Shown here: piece after piece, positions 1 through 13,239 of the stretch | Layout: each line of letters starts with the position of its first letter | How positions within the stretch are numbered: position 1 is the first letter of the stretch | Origin: Diadema antillarum | Lineage: Eukaryota | DNA: 64,000 bases | Direction: 5' to 3' | Assembly: GCF_040938485.1 (NCBI RefSeq) | Contig: NW_027271019.1 | Coordinates: 806,001-870,000, forward strand | Translations under genes and position numbers: made by a program | The notes under the pieces: generated by a model | The model's database searches: none | What the model saw: the letters and a program-made list of their open reading frames with translations, nothing else | What the model was told of the DNA's origin: nothing

Positions 1-2260
1 AGAAACGGGGGCTGATGCTCGCTCGTCCAATCGTGCACGGGAGTGGTCTAGAGACCTGCATTACAGTTGTGTATTTATATTTTTTTTCCTTTTTCTTATT
101 CACTCGGGTATTGTGCTACCAAAATTCGTGTCTCTGAAGAAACTCAACCAAAAGCTTGACAACAAGTTTGCATCAGGTCTATTCTGTAGTACTAGCACTA
201 GGTTCTAGATCTAAATCATAATGGCGATGCTAGTTTAGTTTTCATTTAGAACTCGATGAAATCCATTTTCTTTGCTCATTTTTCAACTGATAAATTATTT
301 AGAACTGTACTTAAATTCTGATGTACTGCATTCACCATTGTAATAAAAAAGAGCCTGCTGATCAGGTGTTTCATTGTATCCTTTTCATTTCCTCCCTATC
401 CTTTTGGTTTCCTTCCTGTCACTTTCTTCTTTGACCCTGGATGGAAAAAAAAAATCCCATCTTGCCATGTAAAGACAGAATACATAACCATCATGAAATA
501 TCATGACATTGAAATAATACTAAGAAATATTCAAGTGACCAAAATACTTGTTTGTGAAAATAAATAACAAATGAAAGGTGATTTCTTTATGGAGCAGTTC
601 TTTCAAATGTCAAACAGCTTCGATAATGAAGCAAGTGAAATCTGAAAACTATCCTGGCAACAAGTTGAAATTGATAGGGAATTCTGACAAAAACTGTCAC
701 ACCATTTGATGTTTGAATTTGTCTTTTTATTGGATGAGGTTATACAACTAAGTGCCGCCGATAAAATAACAATCCTCTCAATTTGAACAAGAGTACATTA
801 GTACGACTCAGTAAACAGCTGATTATTTATGCATCGTATCCATGGGCAACTGCGGGGTAACTGCAAGAAGGCGCAGGAAATTAGACTTGAGTCAAGAACG
901 ACTATTTATTATTATTTTTTTATTCAAACTATTTTTTTTTCTTGGACTGAAAAAAAAACCCAAAATATTTCATATTACGCTTCTAAAATATAAAATGAAT
1001 ATATGAAGTCTTTTTATCGTGATTTTATGAAGAATTAGAATTATTGAAAAAAATATAGATACTAGACGGGCTGAAGAAGGAAGTCTAATTTCACCCCAAG
1101 AATTTGCAACACACCGCATCTCGGGTGCATTCCTAGCGTTCTTGCCGCACTCTCACGATCACCTAGCTAGGCCATGTGCACAAGCCAGTCACATGTTCAC
1201 AGTACACACGTTGTTAGCCAGTTCACCGATCTCATTCCTGATCTCGTGCGTGTAGAAAATTCTCTCAAAACTAAGCCAGACATGATTTTGGAACATACAT
1301 TACAATGTCAAGACCTTTTTAGTGGACTTTGAATTCGCTATTTGTCTGTTTTAGCTCTTGAATGTACGACTTCGAACGTCCGATTTGTTTTCTACTACAC
1401 CACGTGGAGTTCGTATTTTTTCAGCCCCATGCTTCTCCACACACGTCACACTAGCACTGTGTACCTGTACACACACAAGCCATCGCGATCGAAGTTTGAG
1501 CGATAGCGATAACATGTGCGGAGCAGACATGCGGATTTCAGCACAGGGTAAATGAGTAGTTGAACGTATCACGATTGTAAAACAAATCTTTTTCTATGTC
1601 TCTGCAAATTTGAATTAGGCTATCTCAGCATAGATAGATTATGATACATTACAAAATAGATTAGCCATAGCAAGAACTTGCTTACATGAGAGTTATTAGA
1701 TAACGTTGCAAAATAAAAACCCCGTCATTGAATGGAATGTTCCAGAGCTATCTGGGGGGGCTCGAGGACATTATGGACACGTCGATTCGCAAGTGGGTAA
1801 GATGTGATTACAGATGGCTTGAAATGAAGAGGATTTATCGATGAAATACACAGAAACAATATTTTTTCATAATTCCTGCACAATTTATTATTTCTTTTCA
1901 TAAAATTCACATAAACTAGTGCTGTATTGAGTCAACTAAGTGCATATTAGCACGAGTGTACACGCATCATCCCTCCTGCCTAGTGGGAATGACACAGGCA
2001 GTTTTTTCGATGACGTATGAATGCTCTTCGCGTGTAGATCGCGCCGTAGGGAAGATCGCGCCCAAGTTCATGGCCAACTTACTAGGCAGGCACGATATTA
2101 CAGATTACACAGAGGCCCGTACGTGGATGGGTTAAAGTCCCCTTGTCTGGGGTAAACATGGCACAACCTTTCGAGGTTGTGCCAGACTTATGCTAGGCTG
2201 TCTAGAATGACATCCACACCAGACTCACTCCAGACTGGTGTTTTGTGCTGTGACCACTTA

Positions 2261-2326
2261 GAGTCCCCATCGTCTGATGTGAACACGGCACAACCTCTGG
2301 AGGTTGTGCCCTGTTTGGGGGGACTC
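2261..2326. mobile_element. 66-bp micro-MITE with TIR GAGTCCCC...GGGGACTC, TA flanks and an internal 24-bp hairpin; partial upstream copy at 2136-2183
   Basis: ta|gagtcccc ... ggggactc|ta; hairpin ggcacaacct-ctgg-aggttgtgcc at 2287-2310; a second hairpin ggcacaacct-ttcg-aggttgtgcc at 2160-2183 preceded by agtcccc. Confidence 0.65.
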
Positions 2327-3939
2327 TAAATAGGGAATAACATACATGTACACCCTGTGTTCACATTGATCCCCGCAGGGAAATTCCCGTACTGCAAGAT
2401 TTTCCCCTCTAAAACCATAGTGTGGACGCTCAATGGGACTTGTCTCCCACTGCTCCCCACCCCTGCGAAGCAAGTCAGGTCCTGGGACAACCAGCTGTAT
2501 TCATCAAATTTGCGCATGTGTGAAGTCTGTTTTCAAGTGGCACGGCTTGCCCCAAGCCCCGACTGCCCACGCAGTTCGGGGACAGTCGAGATAGCAGCAC
2601 TGTGGACGGTCAGTCATTAAAAAAAAGATAAGATCTCTGGTGACTGTCCCGCCAAGCGGTGTCTAATGTGAATGCAGGAACAAAATTCTGTAATTGATTT
2701 AGGAACTGTCTGAACTGGGACTTATTGGTCAGCGCCCAAATATTTCATACAGCAGAATAGTCTCATGCACCAATTTGCAGATTACTTCATATGCATCTAC
2801 TCATCCTACTACAGACAACAGAGATTTAAAAAAAAAGACAGGTAAGTTCAGTGATGGTCAAAAAGAATGAGGACTACTGCAACCCTTTGGTGAAGACAGA
2901 CAAACAAAATATGGGAAAGTCTACTTAACTTTTACTGGCTATCCAAATCCATACATGTAATTATATTCACTATAAGTTTTATCCTGCAGTTTGTACAGCA
3001 TTTCATGACTTGCCAGCTCTGGATTACAATGTACTGTGACAGTGATGCCAGGGTAACAAGAATAAACACAAATTCCTGTGATGTTTTTCCCTCTGCCTAA
3101 AAAGGAAAGAGTATCACATTTCTGTTTTTGACAGTATGATGAGGAGTAACTCTACAGGAGCCAGATAGCATTAATAGCACAGAAAGGTTCAAGGGTTTGA
3201 TAAAATTATATCCTCAGGAGGAGATTTTTTAATCAATACCACTGGACTGATCATGCCTTTTTTTCTCCCCTTCTTCCCCATATGGTTCAATGTTGTTACA
3301 GCTTGGTGCTTGTGGCTAAATAAGCTGACAGGAAGAATAATGAAATAAAGGTTATTCCTTCTCAAACTCTATTTTATTCGAGAACACATTTTCCCAGTAA
3401 CTATTTAAATCCTTCTGTTTTCTGACTCTCCTTCTCTTTCTTTCTCTACATTATCCCCTCCCTCCTCTGCTTCTCCGTCTATTCTGTCTATGTATGCGTG
3501 ATGTTATTTCTAGCTCTCTTGCTATTTTGCATGTTATTAAACTTCTATCCCATCTTATTTTCATTCTATGTAGCAGTTTCTTTCAATCTTTAAGGTCCAT
3601 TCACTCTCTACAACATCTCATGGCTGCTTCGGGCTTTTTAGTCTAAATTCCATCTCAAAAGATCACTTCTCTTTGATCATGATTCACAGAAGGAGTGCAA
3701 AGAGTGCAAGGGTGCAAGTAATGAGGCAATGCAAAAGAACATTGTTAGAAGCAGAAATGTAGCACCATGGTGTTTTGATAATAAGCTATAGAATGAGCAG
3801 TGAAAATCCTGCAATCTCATTGGTCGAAAGCTGTGTGTTGATTTTTAATGGCCGCATGCTGCCTCACAGTGGTGAACATGTTATAGGGCACTTGTAGCAA
3901 GAGCACGCACACTTGTAGCAAAGGTTCATACACTATCAA

Positions 3940-4024
3940 CCCATTGAAGACAGTTTGATTTTGCTACAACATGCATTTTCCATAGACACCTGCCCGAGTA
4001 TACTCGGGACTCGTCCTCAACGGG
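3940..4024. mobile_element. piggyBac-like mini-MITE (CCC...GGG termini, TTAA target)
   Basis: tcaa|cccattgaagacagt ... gactcgtcctcaacggg|ttaa (imperfect TIR, left TTAA mutated to TCAA); internal palindrome cccgagtatactcggg at 3993-4008. Confidence 0.6.
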
Positions 4025-4984
4025 TTAAGCAAGTGTTCGCGCGCTCAGTAAGAGATGCCTACATTGTAGATTGGCTAAAAAGCATGCATCCAGTACTTTT
4101 GCCATGTATCCAGTATTATTTACTGGATGCATGGTTTTTGGGCTTTCATCTACATGGCAAGCCAAGAGGAAAATGCATCCAGCAAATTTGCCATCAGGTG
4201 ACACGATCAAAATATGGATTTCTGGCAAGAAAATTGCCCCCATTCCATAACAGAGATGACGCACAGTGTCTTTTCATGCATCAGTTGGAATAGTTTGCAT
4301 GAGGTAACTACATATACAATGTACATGGAATTTAGCCTGAAGGTACACAATGTACTTTTTTGCCACTTTTTTGCCACGTTTTATCAAAAACTACTGTGGT
4401 AGACATAGTAATGTGAAATAATTTCAAGATGTTATACATTAGAATGCTAAGATTGCTAAGAGCTAACGTCTATTCCCCAAAAGTGCTTGATCAAACTGCA
4501 ATGTAAAATGTACTTCTAAGCAGACAAAAAAGATGAAGCTTGATATATATTTACATATCCTATATTCTCTTCACCCAACCTTCATCCTGAGAGAGCTTAA
4601 GACCAACAGTACATCTCTTGTTGATAATCCATGACCGCTCAGATTGTGAAAGGCAATGGATATACAGTACATCATCAGATAAAATCCTTAGAGGCATTAA
4701 TGCTACATTTAAGCATTTTAGAGTTAACAGCACACTTGAAATTTGTGACATGATTTTTAGACATGGACAGCAATGAATTACATCAGAGGGTTTGATACTG
4801 TATGCAGAAGAGAATTGGGATTTTGAAGCTCCATACTGGAAAAATACAATTTATGTATTACATGTTAGAAATGTTGCGGTAAAACCCTTGCCCTTTTCAG
4901 CAGTCCCCTAACTTGTAATAAATCTGACTCAGCCTCAAATCTTTGGCAGACTTCATTTGATGTGTCCAGACAACTCACAGACCA

Positions 4985-5112
4985 NNNNNNNNNNNNNNNN
5001 NNNNNNNNNNNNNNNNNNNNNNNNNNNNNNNNNNNNNNNNNNNNNNNNNNNNNNNNNNNNNNNNNNNNNNNNNNNNNNNNNNNNNNNNNNNNNNNNNNNN
5101 NNNNNNNNNNNN
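4985..5112. other. Assembly gap (128 N)
   Basis: Run of N. Confidence 1.
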
Positions 5113-6205
5113 TTGTTATAAATAAATGTGCTATTAAAACAGACATCCTGCATGATAGAAGAGTATCTCACAAAAGCCATTAAAAATTATTCCACAGCTC
5201 TTGATCAATACAGTAACCCAAAATCAAACCCCTAACAACTTCTATGAAATTCCCACTACCCAAAAAAGTAAAATTATACAGGATTTCATTTCTCATACGT
5301 TTCCATTGAAAAAATGAAAAAAGAAAGAACAAACATTTATTTTTCCAGCAAAAGTAAGACTTACATAATAAGTTACCTGGCATCAGCACATTCATGAAGT
5401 CACAGATATTGAAACTGTCAAAAGTGCAAAGGTGACTTGCCTGAACACAAAAAGCTTGGTGTTTGTTGTTCAAAGTCAAACATTTGACTTGACTCCATAT
5501 TCCAAAGTTTGAAATGTTTATGAAATCATAGATTGTCTGTCCTTTTGAAGCATGTTGCTATGTTTGATTTGATTTTTGAGTTTTTTTTTTTTCTGAATTG
5601 ACCTGTCATTCTGTACAGGCTTTGTTTCCCCACACACACAACAACCTTCAAACTTTAAAGCTGAATTTCTCAAAACTGCACACATTCTGGCTCAATTTTC
5701 CATCATTTCTATGGTAAGCACATTACTGAAAATAAAATGAAGAAATTATACATCCATCTAGATAATTTAGACTTAGCAAAATCATAATCATTCCAAAATC
5801 AGAAACTCACTGTTTAGAAATTCTATCTGGCTTTTTTATAGGAATATATTATCAAAACTATGAGCATAATATCTTAAAAGAAATAAACCTTCGTTCAAAT
5901 CCTCATAAATTTGGCATTTAGTGCCAATTAAGAATCAGATCACGTACAACCAACATACAAATACCCAAAATCATAAAATAGAATAATTCTGAAATCTAAA
6001 CAAAAAGACACCTTGTTTTACCTATGGTATGTAAATCATTTCTTAAATTCCAGTTACAAATGTACTTTTTACCACAAATTCTTACATCATTTCTCGTAAT
6101 CCTGCGCTACTGCACAGGGCCAATCATTTTGTCATATTAAAACCCTTTACTGTAACAAAGAGACTCTAGCACTTTCAACATGATAAGATGATCCCGCAAA
6201 CTCAT

Positions 6206-6215
6206 GACACACACA

Positions 6216-6251
<36 letters not shown>
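6206..6251. repeat. (CA)n microsatellite
   Basis: Direct reading; one interruption. Confidence 0.95.
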
Positions 6252-6254
<3 letters not shown>

Positions 6255-7203
6255 ATCAACCTAACATCTAAGTCCATTAAGAGGCATGCAATTGGTGTTG
6301 GTGGGTGCACAATGATTAATGATGTTGTCGAAAGGAAGATGTGATCTTGCTAAGATATGGACTAAGTGGTCGGGTTACACCAAGACTTGCCCACATCAAA
6401 TGCCTACTATATGATGAATAAGGCTCGCAGACTGATGTGTTGGGACAGTAATTAGACTCCCTGGCCATAGGGTATTAGTACTTCGCTCTCTTTTGTCAGA
6501 TAAACTATAGCTTAGCCATCATACCCAGAACATGAGTGGCAAAGTTGCAAGTTTTCAAACAAGAGTTGCACATTGAGAATTCATTGTAAAAATGCACAGA
6601 ATCCATTTATTATTGCCCATGAGGATGGATTTATAATCTCATTCAATTTTCTCTCTTCATGTCATATCTCGTGTAGAGTGGCTCCTTAGAATACTAGATC
6701 TAGAAGATCATTATCACGCTAATCCCATTGTCTCTGTGTTCCCAGTAGGTAGAGAGACAGATAGCCAGGGATCTATAGAATAAATGCACAGGGCACATAG
6801 TTGTACACCATGTGAATTCCTACCCAGGAGCCCCTATTATCAATGCCTATTTCTACAATGTGATACACCTTGTGCTGTAGCCCACATAGTGGTTATTGCA
6901 TTGATTTTAACGTGGTCAAAGCTTAGATAATATGCTTTTGTGACATCCTAGAAAAGTTAACCTTGTCTCGTCCAGTAACATCTTTTGAACAGTATATAAG
7001 TGTATCATTCATTTCTTACATAATTTTTATAATCTAACTAAGTTAAAGTAAAACAAGAATGAATGCCATGGAAGACTATGAACTACACATGTAAATGAAA
7101 TTGGAGACAGGAAATTGTTAAGGTACACAGATTTCATGATAGTAATCAAACAACAATGTAGAGGACATTATATCCTGCATATATATCATATGAATTTAGA
7201 CGG

Positions 7204-8474
7204 AAACTAGAAATGTCGCTATGGGGACTGATGCCTCCGTCATAATGCATGATTCTCCCAACAGGTGTATAGTATAATGTCTTCACAATGTGAGATATCA
7301 GTTTCACATAAATGGCAAAATACTGAAATGACAGGTTTGTCAGAAATATCTTGAATGTTCACTTTCCTTGAACTACATTTGCTATAATTGTCTATTAAAG
7401 AGTGCAGGTATACACATATTTGGGGAATTGAGGATTTTTACTTGACTTCTGACTAACCCTTTTATAAGTTTATGCATTGAGTAATTTTCAAGGTATAAAG
7501 AAAGAGTGTAATTACAGTGTAAAATAGATTTTTTCTGCATTCAAACCTGGCCTTGACCCTTAACCTTTGACCTTCTGGCAGGAAATTTCCAAGAGAATCT
7601 CCATTAGGTAATAAATGTATATTAAGTTTTAAAAATAATAATGCAAGCATTGCATGTACTAGTATATGAGGGAAATAGTAAAATTTTGATGAGTTGACCT
7701 TGACCTTTGACCCCTGACTATTAACCCATGACCCCTAAATTCCCTAGATAATCCCTGCCAGTCAGTACATTTGTATGTACCAAGTCCCATGAAGAAACAA
7801 TGAACCATTTGTGAGAAAAGTGAAATTGGAACATTTTCACCTAATCTTTGACCTTTTGACCTTTGACCTTATGACATGAAACTCTCCTTTGAGAATCTCT
7901 ATGCAGTAGTATATGTCTGTACACTAAGTTTCAAGAAAATACCTCTGTGCATTGCATGGATATGGGGAAATAGCAACATTTTCAGCATTTGACCTTGACC
8001 TATTGCCAGTGTCACTAAAATCTACTCAACTAAGTGCCGTATCATACATCATCCTTGGACCAAGTTTGGTGAAAACTGCTTCATGCAGTTTTGAGTTATC
8101 ACGTAAAAAGATAAATTTTAGGATTTGACCTTGATCTTTGACCTCTGTCCGATTTCACTCAAAAGGTAATCAAGTAATTGTCCCACCATACATCATCCTT
8201 GGACAAAGTTTGGTGAAATTTGCTTGATCCAGTCTTGAGTTATCGCGTGAACAGATACAATTTCATGATTTGACCTTGACCTTTGACCTTTGGCCGATTT
8301 AACCCAAAATCTAATCAAGTAATTGCCCTATCATACTTTATACTTGGACCAAGTTTGGTAAAATTCCAGTCAATATTACTCAAGTTATCGCGTAAACGAA
8401 TGCGGACGGACGTGCGGACGGACAACCCGAAAACATAATGCCTCCGGCACCACTTCGTGGCGGAGGCATAAAAA
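7204..8474 (+). mobile_element. HINE-1: Helentron-associated / DINE-1-like non-autonomous element
   Basis: 5' aaactagaaatgtcgcta leader, subTIR atgcctccg at 7231-7239, degenerate internal repeats rich in TGACCTTGACCTTTGACC and ccaagtttggt, GACG-type microsatellite at 8400-8423, 3' stem-loop atgcctccggcaccac-ttc-gtggcggaggcat whose right arm is the inverted subTIR, A-run flanks. Confidence 0.8.
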
Positions 8475-8701
8475 GAAGAAGAATGAATGTGCATCGCAGT
8501 TATACTATGTGTGTGTGTGTCTTCACATTCCCTGATTATTCATTAAAAACATATCATACAGTATAGAAATACATGTACTGCCATGAACCACCAGCTGTTA
8601 AAGTGGATATGAACAGTAAATCTTGGCTTGTAGCTTTAGTGCTTTCAAATCAGGAGTTGAAGAGAGAAAGAGAGAGGATATGGTATCAAAGGGATGCATA
8701 T

Positions 8702-8814
8702 TGTACAGCTACAATGTACATCAATACATATAAAAAGTCTCCCCTTAATCTACTACAGTGTACAGCTACAATGTACATCAATACATATAAAAAGTCTCCC
8801 CTTAATCTACTACA
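8702..8814. repeat. 57-bp tandem duplication (2 copies)
   Basis: tgtacagctacaatgtacatcaatacatataaaaagtctccccttaatctactaca at 8702 and again at 8759. Confidence 0.95.
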
Positions 8815-9276
8815 AGCCTCTGATTTCTCACATTCTTGCAACAAGATTTCAGATAAAGGCCTAAATAGGCTGGTAAATTGAAGTGGCATTTCACCATTAC
8901 TGTGAACAGGTGCGAATACTTAGAATAAGAAATAAGACTAAATTGTATTTGTGATGATCAATACCAGCAGGGTACACCACATCACAAAAACACAAAGCAG
9001 GTCAACAAGTACTGCCACTCCCATAGTGGCTTCTTCATAATCATAAAAGAGAGAGAGAGAGAGGAAAAAAGAAAAGAAAAAAGGAAAACCTACAGCCAGA
9101 CCTACATCAGATTTATGCATCACCATTACCCATCATTCATGTACGCACAAGTGTAGCCATACCCCATGCAGTGAACATGTGGCAGTCTGCCCATATGTTC
9201 AGAGGGGAGTTGCATTACAGCCTGAGTAGTTTTTAGCTCCCATCCCCCATCTCTCTTTCAGTCAGATTTTCTCTCT

Positions 9277-9350
9277 CCCCCCTCCCCCCACCCCACCCCA
9301 CCCCACCCCAAATTGCAGTTTTGACGTCAAAGTTGTCCGCACTCCACGTG
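9277..9350. promoter_or_regulatory. Possible cis-regulatory cluster: (CCCCA)n G4-forming tract, palindromic CRE and E-box
   Basis: C-tracts at 9277-9309, tttgacgtcaaa at 9320-9331, cacgtg at 9345-9350. Motif match only. Confidence 0.3.
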
Positions 9351-9819
9351 CTGGCTCCTATTGCCCACATCGGCACTTGACTCAGGCATTGCCAATTTGG
9401 ATAATTATGGAGGCAGAGGGACTAGAGGGGTGCAGGGTGGATCTATCACAGTTTATACTAGCGATCTTAACCCTCAGAATATCAGAGCCTTCCCCCTTCT
9501 TGATAGGAGCAGGCAAATAAGATTAAGTAGCAAGTTGATCCAATGCCAAGTATTCCACATTCATACAACATTCAGAAAGGGGAAGAAAGAGTAAGATGGA
9601 GGGAGTGAGGGGGAGAGAGGGAGAGATGGAGGGAGAAACAAAAGAGGCAGGGCAGTCACCTTGACTTGGCTGTAAATGAAAAACACTTATCACATTAAAC
9701 ACAATTAATGACATGCCTACATCAACGATCAATGTTTGATACACATGATTAATTATTCAATTAGCAATGCATTATACCTTTATAAAGCATGCATGACTGG
9801 ATGATTGAATGTGAATGTA

Positions 9820-10265
9820 AAGTTCAGCGGAACACTGACTGTTTTGCTGCCATCATCGCTGCATGAGAAGACCACTAGAGTTTGTGGCTATGTGCATGAA
9901 TGATGTACAGAAAGTACACATAAAATGCAACATATTTTCACTTTTCTAGCATAATGAAAGAACATTTGATTTACACATATACTATACCTTTCACAAAGCA
10001 GAGAGAATCATATTACCCTTAAAAACTTTGAACATACAGTGTATGTCAGTATATACTTTGTACTTAAAATAATAAATTTGTGGGAATATCTTTATATTTT
10101 ATTGTTTTCCATAGATGATGTCACGTATTGTAGTGGTCTTCTCATCAACCATAGTGGCAACAAAACTTGAAATATTCATAACTTTCCAGCAGATTATTCC
10201 ACTTTCCTCAAACTTTGCTGACGTAATCTTCATATATTGCTGCATTCACTCAGTCCATCAACTTG
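9820..10265. mobile_element. Old degenerate copy of the ~560-bp Kolobok-like MITE (termini eroded)
   Basis: Matches family motifs: gcatgagaagaccacta, caacatattttcacttttctagcataatgaaagaaca, tagtggtcttctcatc, cataactttccagcagatt..ttcctcaaacttt, tattgctgcattcactca. Confidence 0.7.
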
Positions 10266-11073
10266 TTGTATATATTTGGATTTCAGTCCTGTATAACTTC
10301 AAACTTTTCAATTGTACTACAAGAAATACAGCCTTATTTCAATCCTTCCCATTTTTTCAAACCTACACCACTCATAAAAAATATGCTTACAGTATCCATT
10401 TTGATTATTGTAAGGTCATCAAAGCAACTACTTCCTCCAAAGTCTGGATTCCAGATGCGTATAACACAGTCTTCGCATCAAAAAGTATAGTAGATGAGGT
10501 TACTGTCTATCTGGTTCTACTCTAAGGAGCTTACCATGACAATGAATCAGTTTCATACTGAAATTCTATTATCATACACTGCCATTGCTAAACAAACCTT
10601 TTATAGTTGTTTCTTTCTTTAAAAAATGCCATTGAAATGCTGATATTATACATGACATATGAAAAAAGTAACAAATTCAGAATTCAGCCACACTTGTAAA
10701 TAATCACAATTGAATCAACATGATAAGGAAAAATAAAGTATACAGCCAAGTTAAACTGATGTGTGATCCCAAAATAGCTATCTCCTTCCTGTGGTGCATT
10801 AAAATACACTAGTCATTTGCCATTAAGTCTTGGGTCGCACTGGATTTCCCTCTTGCCTGCCAACATTTAACTCAATATATGGGACTAAATATAGAAGGGC
10901 ACTGGGCACCTTGCAACTTTCTGGCACATGGACAAACCATGAATCCATAAAAAGAAACATTCCAGATATTACAAATCCATTCAGCATGTAAAATCTGTCA
11001 GCTACGGAGGAGTCTCTAGAACACAGGCAAAGGCTCATGTCAGTCCTGTATCAATGACCTTCACAAACACCGA

Positions 11074-11280
11074 TACTGTAAAAGTGGTTTCTTTCACGGT
11101 GGTTTTATTTTTGCGCTTTTCGCGCTTTGAGGTTGAATTTAACATCACGCGAAAATGTTTTGAACTCGTCGGTTGTACAACGCTATCATTACCGACCGCA
11201 AATTTAAACACACGCGAAAAAGTCCGCACCGATGGAAACCGCGAAAGTTTCTGTACGCGAAAGAAACCACTTTTACAGTA
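11074..11280. mobile_element. TA-flanked MITE (TACTGTAAAA...TTTTACAGTA), Tc1/mariner-like termini; divergent subfamily
   Basis: TIR tactgtaaaagtggtttctt / aagaaaccacttttacagta; interior rich in cgcgaaa/tttcgcg. Confidence 0.85.
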
Positions 11281-13239
11281 CATTGTATAAAGACATGTTG
11301 AGCAATCCGCAATGAAGTTGATGGTATAAGCTAAAGTGCATCTGTCTGTCCTACATGCGTACAATTTGTATGATTCTCAATTTTCCAAGTTTTTGTCCAC
11401 ACATAAAACAGACAACTTTCATAGCTTTTCTGTATAACACCCAAGAGTGCTAGAAGAAAATTTGATTGATATGATTGCTTGCTGCATGTAAAGGGAAAGA
11501 GAGAGAGAGAGAGAATAATACGTGAGAGAAGGAGTTAGCCAGAACAAAGAGTGTGTCCGAGCATTAAAAAATGTAAATCAGCAACACTGACAGGTTAAAC
11601 TTGGCAATCAAATCAAAATTTCACACGGTTTTACAAAATTTGCACAAATTCTGTCCTTCCATATGAAATGATACAAAAAAGCTATTCATTCACTTCTAAA
11701 ATACACACATACTCATCTGCATGCACAAACATACAATTGTACATACTCGTACATACAGACAACACAAACTATATCCTATTCATGCCATATGATTTCTCTT
11801 CTGTAGAGGACTATGACATCTCTATGTCCATGGGTCAGTGGGTGCACTATAGCAGAACTACTCAGTACACTGTTAAAATGAGATCATACACTATAAATAT
11901 GTGGGCATACATGTATATTGAAAGTTATTTTGTCTCCTTGGTAACCAACCCACTACATGTATGGACAATGAAAAGAGCATTTCCATCTGTCATTGGCAGT
12001 AGGCAGATTCCCAGTAGAGATCATTCATATTGAATGTCACCTGGATCACTAGAGACCTACATACTGTGTGACCATCTCTATGTCTGCTCCTATTATTACA
12101 CAAACTCCATCTCCCATTAAATACACTGTACACAGGAAACCAACTGTTCAAGTCTTTAAACTGTTCTGAAATCCATCTTTAATGATCATGGCCATGGCAT
12201 ATCAACCCAGTTTAGCCTTTCACTGTGGACTACACACTTGTACACACACCACATACAGTCATAAAATGTCTACGCAGCCTTCTGTGGAACAGCAGCATCA
12301 TTTGATGGTCCTTGTAAGGCAATGAAGGCATACTTAACCTTTCCTTTAGACGAATGCATTTAAACTCTACAGTAAATTGCTATATCTTTGGAGGTAATGG
12401 GTTGGCATACAGCATGATACTGACTAGATCACAAGAAAAGATACCTAAAATACACAATTATTAAACAATGTTATATTTCAATCTTACATCAAAACATGAA
12501 TCTAAATTGTGTAAGTCACATTTGTCTCAAAGTAGATGTATTGCACGCAAAAGAACACAACTAACATTCACATATCGACCTTCTATGAGCTTCCATCTCA
12601 CGCAGAATCACTTCAGAAACTAAAGAATAAGTAGTTTCCACTGTACTATCACTATTCTTACCACTACATAATGTATTAACATCACCATTATAACTTATGA
12701 ATCATCAATATTCTCTGCTATCACTACTGGTTTCAGTGTTAACAAATCTCTATTGAACAAATTTTGATATTTTGACAGAGATGACAAGATTCTATGGCAC
12801 TGGTGCACATTCACAGTCACTGTCAAAACTGCAGTTAGTTTTACACTAGCCTCACCACACCCAAATTCTCATTTTGTCCCAGATTGTGTACACACCTCAG
12901 CATGTTCACATAGGATAACAGCACCATGATTTTTATTTTCACACTCATTGTACATGTTTGAATTCTGTCATTGCCACCCTACACTGCCAACAGTCTATCC
13001 TACAGGAATCCAACATCCTACTTCAAAACCCTTATACTGAACCCCTCGGTAAACAATCACAATTCCATGTACACTTTGTGATCAATACTCCCCCAATGCT
13101 GCACAAACCAGCCATCCCCCATGCTACATTACATGCGTAGTTTGGCATGTTGTGCCGTCATAGACTAAGGATGAACATGGATGGCAGGCAAATACTCATA
13201 TTGTTTTCATCAGTCTCTTTTCTTCCTCTTCCCATTATG

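Noticed and set aside
2781-2841. Plus-strand candidate exon (ttgcag| ... CAG|gtaagt) in frame with the 1737-1796 segment
   Set aside because: Weak pyrimidine tract, low-complexity AT-rich peptide, and no further plus-strand exons that build a model.
4865-5183. ORFs containing X runs
   Set aside because: Artefacts of the N gap.
8938-9126. Minus-strand hydrophobic ORF (MGVAVLVDLLCVFVMWCTLL) resembling a signal peptide
   Set aside because: No acceptor or promoter evidence; hydrophobicity follows from the T/G-rich composition.
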